A DNA stretch of 63,973 nucleotides, the filler included, from Licmophora abbreviata (Eukaryota): assembly GCA_900291995.1 (NCBI GenBank). It is 17 parts of 17 records of this genome, joined end to end, with 100 filler letters (N's around TTAATTAATTAA, not from the genome) between each part and the next. Parts side by side here need not be neighbours in the genome. Positions count along the whole stretch, not along the records: positions 24,573 to 25,947 come from OLMU01003493.1; positions 26,048 to 30,065 come from OLMU01003494.1; positions 30,166 to 31,958 come from OLMU01003495.1; positions 32,059 to 33,082 come from OLMU01003496.1; positions 33,183 to 39,853 come from OLMU01003497.1; 12 more parts are not named here. One strand, 5' to 3'. A program made the translations under genes and the position numbers. This document shows, one piece after another, positions 25,283 to 35,600 of the stretch. The notes below the pieces were generated by a model, which was not told the DNA's origin, did not search any database, and saw only the letters and a list, made by a program, of their open reading frames with translations. The first letter of the stretch is position 1. Every line of letters begins with the position of its first letter.

Positions 25283-26431
25283 ATGGCGTGGCGCCATCCG
25301 CGAAAGACGAGTGTCATCCTGTTGCTCGCGGTCAACCGTGTCGCACATTCTCTCTCCATCAACAATGGCAATAACAATCCCATTCAGGAGCTCTTGAGCA
25401 AGGTTCGCATGGGCGATGTCTCGGCTTCAAAAGAACAAAGCGTGGCAGAGCGCACCCAACAAACGTTGCAGGATCTCGGCGTCGCGAGTAGCGCCGAACC
25501 ACGAACCTTTTTGCCTTCCAGTGTGGCGCAGCTTCCGGAGCTCTTGGCTGCGTCCATGCCGGTAAGTAGCATGATCCAAAGGTGGGACCATTTTGGACAT
25601 GCACTCATCCTACTATTGCTTTCTGGCTGTTGAAAGGCTCTCTTTCGACTTGGTAGTGGTGCGTTCGCCAATGGATATCGGATATCTTTGACACCGAAGG
25701 ATCCGACCCTTTACACCATTGCCGAGCTAGGCGACTATCAAATTGACGAATCGACGACTATTGCTGGAAAGTTACCTCAGAACAAACCGTTGATACTTTA
25801 CGACATGGAGTCATGCCCATCGTGTCGTCGAGTAAGGGAGGCTGTGTCGATGTTGTATCTTACCGTTACCTTCCTACCTTGCCCCACGAAAGGCGTTCAC
25901 CATGCACCGGACTTGGAGTCTGCGGGGATAGAAGCTCCGTTTCTGGCNNNNNNNNNNNNNNNNNNNNNNNNNNNNNNNNNNNNNNNNNNNNTTAATTAAT
26001 TAANNNNNNNNNNNNNNNNNNNNNNNNNNNNNNNNNNNNNNNNNNNNGACACTATTCCAACGACGCTGGCAAAGGACAGTCCATGGGTGCCCCTGTCGGC
26101 ATGGATGGGACTGCTGTTTCGTTTGGGTAGAGGTGGACGTGCCAAGAGTTCGAATCCACCATCAGAGCCGCTCATTCTTTGGTCGTACGAAGGAAGTCCT
26201 TGGTGCAAGCTAGTTCGGGAGGTGTTATGCGAGTTGGAGATAGTCCACACGCAGATATCTTGTCCGCGGGGAAGTCCGAATCGACAATCTCTGTCGGATC
26301 AAACGGGACGTTTCCAAGTTCCGTACCTGGAAGACCCAAATAAGGGCGTGGCCCTCTTTGAGTCGGAGGCTATTATCGAATACTTGCAGAAGCAATACGG
26401 AGTGGTGCCATCGCCCGTGAAGTACTTGTAG
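25283..26431 (+). CDS. Tandem GST-N/glutaredoxin-like domain protein (likely plastid); intron and gap inside
   Basis: LYDMESCPSCRRVRE and LWSYEGSPWCKLVRE..QVPYLEDPN..LFESEAII. Signal peptide present; intron at about 25562-25636. Confidence 0.85.
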
Positions 26432-26732
26432 ATTTTTGATTGATGCAGCGCTCAAGCCAAAACTTCAGATTTCCCACGGCGAGGAGCTGGCTGCACTAAG
26501 AATGTACTTGTAGTTGAAAGCAAACAGGATTGTCGTTTTGTGCATGCATGTACCGGTAGCAGCCCAAGACAACAAACACCAAGCGAATGGATTACAAAGG
26601 GCCAACACATCGTATGCGAAAAGATGATGGATGAACACAGATGAAGATGCTCCTTCATGAGTACGAGCTCGCGAGCTACCGTAGTATCGAGGGGTACGCA
26701 CGTGACGATCAAAATCGCGGCCTCACTTTTTG

Positions 26733-27845
26733 ATGGAATCATTCATCTTGACCATGATGATGGCGACTTATTGTACCGTGTGGCCCTTTCTCGTTGTCTT
26801 GGCATTGTCATCGAGCCTTTGTTCCTCGTTTACATCAACCAGAATCGCTCAGACCAACCATCAACGATGCCGTCATGATGAAATTCTATCCCGCTTGGAC
26901 ATGATTTCCTTTGGTGCTGGTGGATCGTCGTCGGTGTCTTTTCCACGCGACGTCAAGGAAGCGATAAGCAAGTGTCGCGCTGCGGTTCAAGAAGCCTTGG
27001 GGAGTCGTTTGTCTCGCATGGATGTAGAGTTCCCCGTCGGGACCAAATTTGGAGTGGAAAAACAAAAAGGAAGAAAGAAAGCTGCTGCGGCAGCAGATGG
27101 TGACGACGGGGCGCCTACCCGTGAGCTCTTGGATTCATCCGACCGAGAACTTGCGCGATTGTTTGTAGAAATGTTCCAACCCGTTGGAGGTGAGAACATT
27201 GCGACGGTTTTTATTGACGAGACACGGGCCGATCAGGCTCGCAAGAGCTGGAAAGGCGACCCTAGCGCGTCTTGTCGTATACTTTCCATGGGGCGAAGAC
27301 GTGGCCGCCGGAGTGGTACACAGGGAATGGGCGGTGCCAAGAAACAGAAACGGAAACCAATGGGGTTTGCTGCCAAGATGGCTGTGGAGGTAGATGGGAG
27401 CGAAGGCGGAGCGTTTGAACTTCCCGATTGTATCGAGGTGGCATTGTTTGTAGCTCCTGGACCCAAAGAGCTTATCGTCGTCGACGAGATTTGCTCTACC
27501 GTGGGTATGGGGACGCTGGTAGTGCTACTCAACGCGCGTCTGTCCAAGATCTCAAACTTTGGGAGCGACGCTGCGGCGAGGCTGTATCGGGAGGAGTTCG
27601 AACCGGTATTTCATTTAGGCGCTGCGCCTCAAAATGTCGCACCGGGTCTTCTGCTTTACCGGCAGTACCCCGGCGACTGGATGGTCGCCCGCAAACTCGG
27701 CGTAGGCAAGCCGAAGCTCCTTGCGAAACAAACCCAACGTCCCACCGCAGACGCCTGCCGAAACATATACGAGAGCATCGAGTTGAGTGATATAGAAAAA
27801 GGAGTCGAGGGAATTGTCGAAAATGTAGCGGGTTGGTTCAACTGA
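26733..27845 (+). CDS. DUF1995 family plastid protein
   Basis: Signal plus SS-F motif, SRMDVEFP, VVLLNARL and LLYRQYPGDWMV. Confidence 0.75.
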   Translation: MESFILTMMMATYCTVWPFLVVLALSSSLCSSFTSTRIAQTNHQRCRHDEILSRLDMISFGAGGSSSVSFPRDVKEAISKCRAAVQEALGSRLSRMDVEFPVGTKFGVEKQKGRKKAAAAADGDDGAPTRELLDSSDRELARLFVEMFQPVGGENIATVFIDETRADQARKSWKGDPSASCRILSMGRRRGRRSGTQGMGGAKKQKRKPMGFAAKMAVEVDGSEGGAFELPDCIEVALFVAPGPKELIVVDEICSTVGMGTLVVLLNARLSKISNFGSDAAARLYREEFEPVFHLGAAPQNVAPGLLLYRQYPGDWMVARKLGVGKPKLLAKQTQRPTADACRNIYESIELSDIEKGVEGIVENVAGWFN

Positions 27846-28216
27846 AGCGTACACATGACTCGACTTTGGTTCCGATATGTGCCAAGAGATTTCGACACCG
27901 GGCAACGGTTCTGTTAAGATAAAGGGCACGCACCAACAGTCTACGGATGTACGAGTATAGTGCAGTTGTAAATAAACAAAGGTTCAACAAACAACCAACA
28001 AATAATTTATAAATAAACTGGTAAGTACAAAGAGTAGCCTCGACCTAAACAGCCATCAGTCAAAAGATCTGAAATCACGTGCTGGCAATAGCGCGATGCG
28101 AATGTCGCAATGTCGCACCCAGTCAGGTGACCAGAAACCGATTACGGGGGTGGACGAGGCGTCGTCCGAGCTTCTATTTTGATGCGAGCACATCCTTTGC
28201 GCTCTAAGAGTGCCGG

Positions 28217-30757
28217 CTAGCTTTGGTAATGGCCTTTTCCTCCGCTGGATCCTTTCTTTCCTCCGCTGGATCCTTTCTTTCCTCCGCTGGATCCCTTCTT
28301 TCCTCCGCTGGATCCCTTCTTTCCTCCGCTGGATCCCTTCTTTCCTCCGCTGGATCCCTTCTTTCCACCGCTGGATCCCTTCTTTCCACCGCTGGATCCC
28401 TTCTTTCCACCGCTGGATCCCTTCTTTCCTCCACTGGATCCCTTCTTGCCGCCCGGACTCGGGCCAGGCGATCCTTTCTTGCCGCCTGGACCCGGGCCAG
28501 GCGATCCTTTCTTGCCTCCTGGACCAGGGCCAGGCGATCCTTTCTTGCCTCCTGGTCCTGACTTGGAGCCAGGGCCGGACTTGGAGCCCGGACCGGACTT
28601 GGAGCCAGGGCCTGACTTGGAGCCCGGACCGGACTTCGAGCCTGGACCTGATTTCGATCCAGGGCCGGACTTGGAGCCGGGGCCTGACTTGGAACCTGGA
28701 CCTGACTTAGATCCCGGTCCTGACTTGGAGCCAGGGCCGGACTTAGAACCTGGTCCTGACTTGGAGCCCGGACCGGACTTAGATCCGGGGCCGGACTTCG
28801 AGCCTGGGCCTGATTTCGATCCAGGGCCTGACTTGGAACCGGGGCCTGACTTAGATCCAGGACCGGACTTGGAACCTGGACCTGACTTAGATCCCGGACC
28901 TGACTTGGAACCCGGGCCTGACTTGGAACCTGGACCCGACTTGGAGCCTGGACCGGACTTGTAGCTCGGACCTGACTTGGAACCTGGACCGGACTTGTAG
29001 CTCGGACCTGACTTCGACCCAGGGCCTGACTTGGAACCCGGACCTGACTTTGAGCCGGGGCCTGACTTGGAACCTGGACCGGACTTGGAGCCTGGACCGG
29101 ACTTCGATCCAGGGCCTGACTTGGAACCTGGACCGGACTTGTAGCTCGGACCTGACTTCGATCCAGGGCCTGACTTGGAGCCCGGACCGGACTTGGAGCC
29201 GGATTTTGATCCTGGACCGGACTTGGAGCCGGGGCCAGATTTCGACCCGCCGCACGAGCAGTAGTGCTGGCACTTTCCGTCGTAACATCTCCAGCCGCAA
29301 CAATCATCGCTGCCACCTTTAGAGCCCTTGGACCCTGGAGAGCCTTTCTTGCCTCCAGGAGATTTACTGGAGCTTGAACCCGGACCGGAAGCATCTTCAC
29401 AAGAGCACCAGCAGGTGCAGTCATCCGAGGAGTCGTCACAATGACAGTCGCATTCGCAGTCGTCCCCACCACTTGACCCTTTCGATCCCTTCTTGCCACC
29501 CTTAGATCCCTTACTGCCTCCTTTCGAACCCTTCTTGCCTCCCTTGCCCTTGGACATCTTACTGCCTCCTTTCGATCCCTTCTTGCCTCCCTTGCCCTTG
29601 GACATCTTACTGCCTCCTTTCTTTCCTCCTTTCGAGCCCTTCTTGCCTACGGAGCTTGATCCCGGAGAGCCCTTCTTTCCTCCTGAGCCTGGTGCAGGTC
29701 CTGGAGAACCTTTTTTCCCTCCGGGACCGGACTTGGAGACTGAGCCTGATTTGGAACCAGGACCTGACTTAGATCCCGGGCCTGACTTGGAGCCTGGGCC
29801 GGACTTAGATCCCGGACCTGACTTGGAGCCGGGGCCTGATTTGGAACCTGGGCCGGACTTGTAGCCGGGGCCTGACTTGGAAGCAGGGCCAGACTTCGAG
29901 CCGGGGCCGGACTTGGAACCAGGGCCTGACTTGGAACCTGGACCTGACTTGGAGCCAGGGCCAGACTTAGATCCCGGGCCTGACTTGGAACCAGGGCCAG
30001 ACTTGGAGCCAGGGCCTGACTTGGAACCTGGACCTGACTTGGAACCAGGGCCAGACTTCGAGCCGNNNNNNNNNNNNNNNNNNNNNNNNNNNNNNNNNNN
30101 NNNNNNNNNTTAATTAATTAANNNNNNNNNNNNNNNNNNNNNNNNNNNNNNNNNNNNNNNNNNNNCCAGACTTGGAACCAGGGCCAGACTTGGAGCCGGG
30201 GCCTGACTTCGATCCAGAGCTTGGTCCGGGCGAACCTTTCTTGCCTCCGGGACTGTCGCAAGAGCAGTAGCATTCGCAGTAGTCATCACTGGAATCGCAT
30301 CCAGGTTCACACGTGCAGCAGGGCTCATCAGGACCGGATCCTGGCGAGCCTTTCTTGCCTCCAGAGCTCGGCGAGCTATATTCTCCTTTTTTTCCTCCCT
30401 TCTTGCCGCCCGATGATCCCTTCTTGCCGTCCGAGGATCCCTTCTTGCCGCCCGATGATCCCTTCTTGCCGCTCGATGATCCCTTCTTGCCGCTCGAGGA
30501 TCCCTTCTTCAGAGATCGATGTATCTCGTCGAACTGTGTCAACGCCGGAAAAGCGAGCAAAGGTGGTCGTTAGTAACGTCGGCAGTCGGCACCATGCATG
30601 GCGGGTAACGGAGAGCTCTTCATCTTACCTCGACGAGTGACCTAGGGTCGCCCCCAATCAGTTCTCTGTCACTCGAAACTTGTGATATTTCTCCGCTGGC
30701 AAGGCAGAACAACGCCAACACCAGCCATATGCTGGATGCCCATGAATATTGCCTCAT
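28217..30757 (-). CDS. Secreted Gly/Ser/Lys/Pro tandem-repeat protein with RXL motifs and Cys-rich modules (candidate cell-wall, biosilica or adhesive protein); crosses gap 30066-30165
   Basis: Exon 1 (30757-30629) reads MRQYSWASSIWLVLALFCLASG-EISQVSSDRELIGGDPRSLVE. A 95-nt GTAAG..CTAAC..CAG intron (30628-30534) leads to exon 2, FDEIHRSLKKGSS.., then GPGSKS and GGKKGSS arrays ending GHYQS*. Confidence 0.85.
28237..30500 (-). repeat. Coding tandem repeats: 18-bp (GPGSKS), 21-bp (GGKKGSS) and 48-bp (MSKGKGGKKGSKGGSK) units
   Basis: Arrays are directly visible, and variation between units is mostly synonymous in the minus-strand frame. Confidence 0.95.
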
Positions 30758-31876
30758 TTTGGAGCTCTTCGTCTCCGTCTGGTAGAGCCTTGGCGATGAG
30801 CTCCTAGAGTGTACCTAGTAAGGAGGGAAAGTGGCGAATATCGACAATTATGTGAGTGGAGATCGGGGACCGTAGCGTAATGGTTCGCATGCCGGAATTC
30901 TACATTATTGGTCGGTCGGGCATGAGCTTTCCCCCGCCAACACAATGGTCACAATCGGATCAGATCCGAAGTTAAGACCATGGCGCCAAGCGAGACAACA
31001 ATGAGCAACGCCATCCCATCGAAAGTAAAACGGAGCGAAAACGAAAGAGGAGAGAGCAACCGTGCACCAAGCCTCAGCGCTTTGATAAGGAAATTTGACG
31101 TGACTCATGGCCAGCACTGCACAACTCGTGAAATCAAAGAAGGGAATCCGCGACCAAGAAAACAAAGTCATCTCTTCACCAAGACTCTATGGAATGACTG
31201 AGAAATTCAACTTTGGGTGACGAGCAACCTCTCAGAAACGTTCAATGGCCATGGTCGTACCTTTCGCGATGATCGCCGGCTTGTATTGCCGGTGCCGTGC
31301 AAAACGAAAAATGTTGACTTACAAATTTGGCGTCGCGACCCGAGCGCACCTCGGCGCGCCGGCGAGTCGTTTAGAGCCTTTTCAGGGGACTCAATGCATG
31401 ATTTTCGGTTATATTAATTGAAAATATGTATATTGTAATTTAATATCAACGGATATTGAACCGTCACTCACTATTGCTGAATCTAATTGCATTTATTCAG
31501 GTGCTAATGCTCAAAAATTTCGTGTCACGTTAGATTTCTCGCAAAATAATTCGAATTTTTGCATGGAGTTCTTCATTATCACCAATATAAAGAGCTGTAA
31601 TCACTTCAATATACATCTACAAGACTTACGTATCCGTTGTGTAGGGTGCGATATCACGGTTTACTCATGCAACTTGATAGAAGCCTCTAAAACACTAGCT
31701 AAAACAAATTACAAATTACGATACACGGGCTCGATTTCTAAGCTTTGTACACGAATCGGATGAACCATGGCGATTGCTACTCACTATCAGGTTTGTGTAC
31801 CTGGCATCGGAGACGTAGCACGACCACGACCACCACTCAAGGCATGGTGATATTGCAAAATTTTACTATAAAAAAA

Positions 31877-31948
31877 CTCCGACACGGGGAATCGAACCCC
31901 GGTCTCCCGCGTGACAGGCGGGGATACTAGCCACTATACTATGTCGGA
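31877..31948 (-). tRNA. tRNA-Asp(GTC)
   Basis: TCCGACATAGTATAGTGGCTAGTATCCCCGCCTGTCACGCGGGAGACCGGGGTTCGATTCCCCGTGTCGGAG forms a cloverleaf with anticodon GTC and a GTTCGA T-loop, followed by a T7 Pol III terminator. Confidence 0.96.
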
Positions 31949-32392
31949 TTACGCTTTTNNNNNNNNNNNNNNNNNNNNNNNNNNNNNNNNNNNNNNNNNN
32001 NNTTAATTAATTAANNNNNNNNNNNNNNNNNNNNNNNNNNNNNNNNNNNNNNNNNNNNGAGGCGATGAGTAAACTATTAATAACTTAGTATCATGCCTTC
32101 CCTATTGATGATAGAAAGAATAAGGAATCTCTTTGAAAGCTTCACGCAAGTCCGGAGTCCCGAAGTATGTAGGGTGCACCCATCAATATCCCCCACCCAT
32201 GTTCCACCACCGATGCCCTACATATATAAAACCAAACATACGTGGGATGCAAAAACTAGGTCATGGGTGCCATCATACGCCTTTCTGAAGAGACAGCACG
32301 GGAATTTCTGTTACGGTAGTAGTTTCGTGGAGCCTGGAGTTGAGATGTCGCCTGTGGCTCCACCCGTCTCCCGCCTTACGTGAGCACAGCCA

Positions 32393-33739
32393 ATGTTACG
32401 GCGGCGCTGCTGCTGCTGCACCAGGCAGATTGTTCCGCAATGGCGTTTCACGATCATTGTGTTTGTATTGTCATTGGCTAAGGCGTGGACATCGCACTCT
32501 AACAACGATCGATATCGTGCTAGGCAGCTTCGATTCGCCTGCTTCTCACAAGGAAAGGCTGCGTCGCAGTATCATCGCTTCGACGACATCACTGAACGAC
32601 AAGCGGAGAAAGTCTTCTGGGACCGCCAATCATTCCGATGCTCCCAAGGAGTACTTGAGGAAGTTTTGCGACCCTCAGAACGCGACAGTGGACTGCCTCT
32701 TTTGGAACGATGTGGTACCTCTCAATCTGACGACGAATCTTCGCCGTTTTTGCGTTTGTTCTCGAGACTCTTCTGTCCGACTTCACCGGAGCCAAGAGAG
32801 GAGGAAGTCATGACCTCAAACGTAATCGCCCGCAGAAAACATAGCTTCCGTCTAGAAATCGCATATCGGGGCGCTGATTTCTGTGGGTGGCAAACCCAAC
32901 CAACAATCATGAGCGACCGTCGGTTCAGAAGTCGCTCGAAGATTGGCTTGAGCCACTCGCGAGCGATAACAAGGCTGTCAACTTGCGTGTCTCTGGACGC
33001 ACCGATGCTGGTGTCAGTGCGATTGGGCAGGTTTGTCGATTTCGCACGCGTCAAGCGACGTTGACTGCGAATGAGATACTGGNNNNNNNNNNNNNNNNNN
33101 NNNNNNNNNNNNNNNNNNNNNNNNNNTTAATTAATTAANNNNNNNNNNNNNNNNNNNNNNNNNNNNNNNNNNNNNNNNNNNNCGCGTCAAGCGACGTTGA
33201 CTGCGAATGAGATACTGGATCGAGTGAATGACTCTCCGTTGGTCAGGGCGGGTTCATTGCGATGTTTGTCCGTACGCCGCGTGTCAGAACGCTTCCACCC
33301 CACTTTTGATGCAAAAGCTCGTGCCTATGTTTATATGCTGGATGCTGGGTGTATTGCACAAGACGACATAGGTTGCTTGGATGCGATGCTTCGATCTTTG
33401 GAGGGACGCGAGATGGACTATGTAGGAATGTCGTACGGGAGGGTGAAGAGTTCGACGACGCTATGCACAATCAAATTGGCTAGAGCAGATCTTGTAAGAT
33501 TGTCGTCAAATGGACGCTTGGCCGTTTGCATCCAGTTGGTAGGGGACCGATTCCTACGACGCATGGTACGAATTCTTGTCGCCACCGCGTTGCGCGAGGT
33601 ACGACGAAACGCAACAACGGATCGAGCGCTGCTTGACATCATTGAGAAGCGAAACCGATCTCATAGCGCAGGAGCTGCTCCCCCAAATGGACTCATGTTT
33701 GTTGCGGCTTCGTTTGAGGTTGGTCATGAGCAAGCATAG
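32393..33739 (+). CDS. TruA-family tRNA pseudouridine synthase (frameshift near 32900; gap with duplicated overlap)
   Basis: RLEIAYRGADFCGWQ, then in another frame SGRTDAGVSAIGQV. After the gap come FHPTFDA..RAYVY, GDRFLRRMVRILV and APPNGL. Confidence 0.85.
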
Positions 33740-34170
33740 GCTCGTTGCCGTTAGGAAAAATAGCCGCTGCGCTGAAGGCCTGGTTGGCCAGATGACTCAC
33801 TTTTCTGCGGTAGCTTGTTACCAATAGTACTCTGCGATTTGATCTAATTCATAAATCTACCTAAGTTCTTCCGTCTCGTCACACCCACAGTAAGTTTTCC
33901 CTCCCATTCTGACTTGACATAAATGAGCTTCAAACGCAAGTAGTATGCTTGCGAAATTGTATCCTTCATCTTCGGGAGGACTCTTTGTTCTCCTGCGAGC
34001 GACGAGTTTTGCGCGACACAAGTCGAGTGAGTCACACGCGATGCGATGTGTGTGTGTGTGCAGGTGTGCTGGTGTGATGCTGAGATGATGCTGAAAGTCT
34101 GAGTCCATCACTGCAGCTTGCGTCCCGTCTTTCCTGTTCTCCTTATAAGGCGTACATTTCAGTGCCAGAC

Positions 34171-35517
34171 ATGTCAAATTCGATTCCTCGCCTGAGTAAC
34201 TTGTGGGGAAGGGGCCATGAGACCTTTCCGTCGACACTACGACGCATCGTATCGGTCAAGGGCGCGGGTGCGACAACGTACTTGCAAGGATTGGTCACAA
34301 GCGACCTGACAGTCGATCCGAATCCTCCCAAAGATCACCACAACACGTTCCAGTCACCGAAAGATATCGAAGAGGGACACACTCTTGAATTCTCCAAGAA
34401 TCTTCGATCCACGTGTTTTCTAGATCACAAAGGTCGCATCGTCAGTGATGGCTTGCTGTGGAAGAAGGACGAGAACGAGTACTTTCTGGATGTGCCGGGC
34501 GACACTGCCGATTCATTGCTGTCGCTCCTCAAAAAGTACAAGCTGAGACGGAGCGAAGTAACGATTACTGCCGAAGATAATATGAACTCTCATGTTGTCT
34601 ACGGTACACTGAATACGCAGGGGACACCGGAAGGCTATCTTGCCGCTCTCGACCCTCGTCACCCTACTCTTGGTATGCGAGTCTTGTCGCTGGACGATCA
34701 AAGTGGCCTTAACTTCCCAAAGCTAATGTCGGATATGTTTCCATCCAAGCCGGGAAGCTATGAAGTTGTGCGAAAGCTGTCCGGCATTGCGGAAGGCTCT
34801 GAGATTCAAGGACGAACGGCACTCGAGTGCAACCAGGAATTTCTGAATGCCGTGTCGTTTAGCAAGGGATGTTATCTTGGACAGGAACTAACAGCTCGGA
34901 CAATGTTTACTGGAGCGATACGAAAACGTGTTATGCCAGTCCTTTTGGTGGATACCAACACGGAGGTACCGCGACCATGGATCATGGCGAGTCTGCTCCA
35001 AGGGGGACGACAAGACGTGTCTCTACCCGAGGAAGATGCAGCTGCTGGAGGGAGACTACTGACCCGGTTGCCGTTGTTAGGTGCACCGACTGCTGGTATT
35101 GCGGTTGCCATGCTTATGGGCTCGATTAAAGGCCACGCTGGCGAAGAGACACAAGAGTCTGACGAACTGAAAGCTATTCAGCAGTCTTCCACAGAACTAC
35201 TCGGGCAGCTCTCGGGTCTCGCCATTCCAGGAACAAAAATTGTGGACGACAGCGACGGTAAAGCAATTGGTATGATTGTTTCTACCCCAGCGCCAGGGAC
35301 AAACGCTGTCCTGGCCCAAATGAGGTTGGATCGCGTAGGACTTGCCGAGGGCGGAGAGTGGAAACATACAAATCGAGTACGTTTGGGTGACGACAAACGC
35401 GAGTTTCGGTATCTCCCGTACGTTCCTCTTTGGTGGCCTGAGGTCGACCCTGCTACTGGCAAAGCCAAGGAAGTAGGAGACGGAAAGATAGATGGAGAAG
35501 AGGCAAGCGATGGCTAA
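34171..35517 (+). CDS. IBA57: IBA57/CAF17 (YgfZ family) mitochondrial Fe-S assembly protein
   Basis: YLQGLVTSD, FLDHKGRI and the signature KGCYLGQELTAR. Confidence 0.9.
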   Translation: MSNSIPRLSNLWGRGHETFPSTLRRIVSVKGAGATTYLQGLVTSDLTVDPNPPKDHHNTFQSPKDIEEGHTLEFSKNLRSTCFLDHKGRIVSDGLLWKKDENEYFLDVPGDTADSLLSLLKKYKLRRSEVTITAEDNMNSHVVYGTLNTQGTPEGYLAALDPRHPTLGMRVLSLDDQSGLNFPKLMSDMFPSKPGSYEVVRKLSGIAEGSEIQGRTALECNQEFLNAVSFSKGCYLGQELTARTMFTGAIRKRVMPVLLVDTNTEVPRPWIMASLLQGGRQDVSLPEEDAAAGGRLLTRLPLLGAPTAGIAVAMLMGSIKGHAGEETQESDELKAIQQSSTELLGQLSGLAIPGTKIVDDSDGKAIGMIVSTPAPGTNAVLAQMRLDRVGLAEGGEWKHTNRVRLGDDKREFRYLPYVPLWWPEVDPATGKAKEVGDGKIDGEEASDG

Positions 35518-35600
35518 TTGGTTATTGGTAATGGGTGATTTAGACTTCCATGTCCCCAGTGTTATTAGCATATGCGATGTTTGAACTGCGCCTATCGTAG

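Noticed and set aside
28550..30065. Repeat array as a CRISPR or satellite
   Set aside because: No unique spacers, unit lengths are multiples of 3, and the array is coding.
28204..30113. Alternative-frame and antisense ORFs over the repeat array (PDLEPG, WIPSFLR, PSQVRV repeats)
   Set aside because: Shadows of the tandem repeats. Synonymous variation and the signal-peptide exon support only the GPGSKS frame.
33046..33219. Direct repeats on both sides of gaps (about 37 bp here; 10 bp at 5551/5661)
   Set aside because: Unmerged contig overlaps, not target-site duplications.
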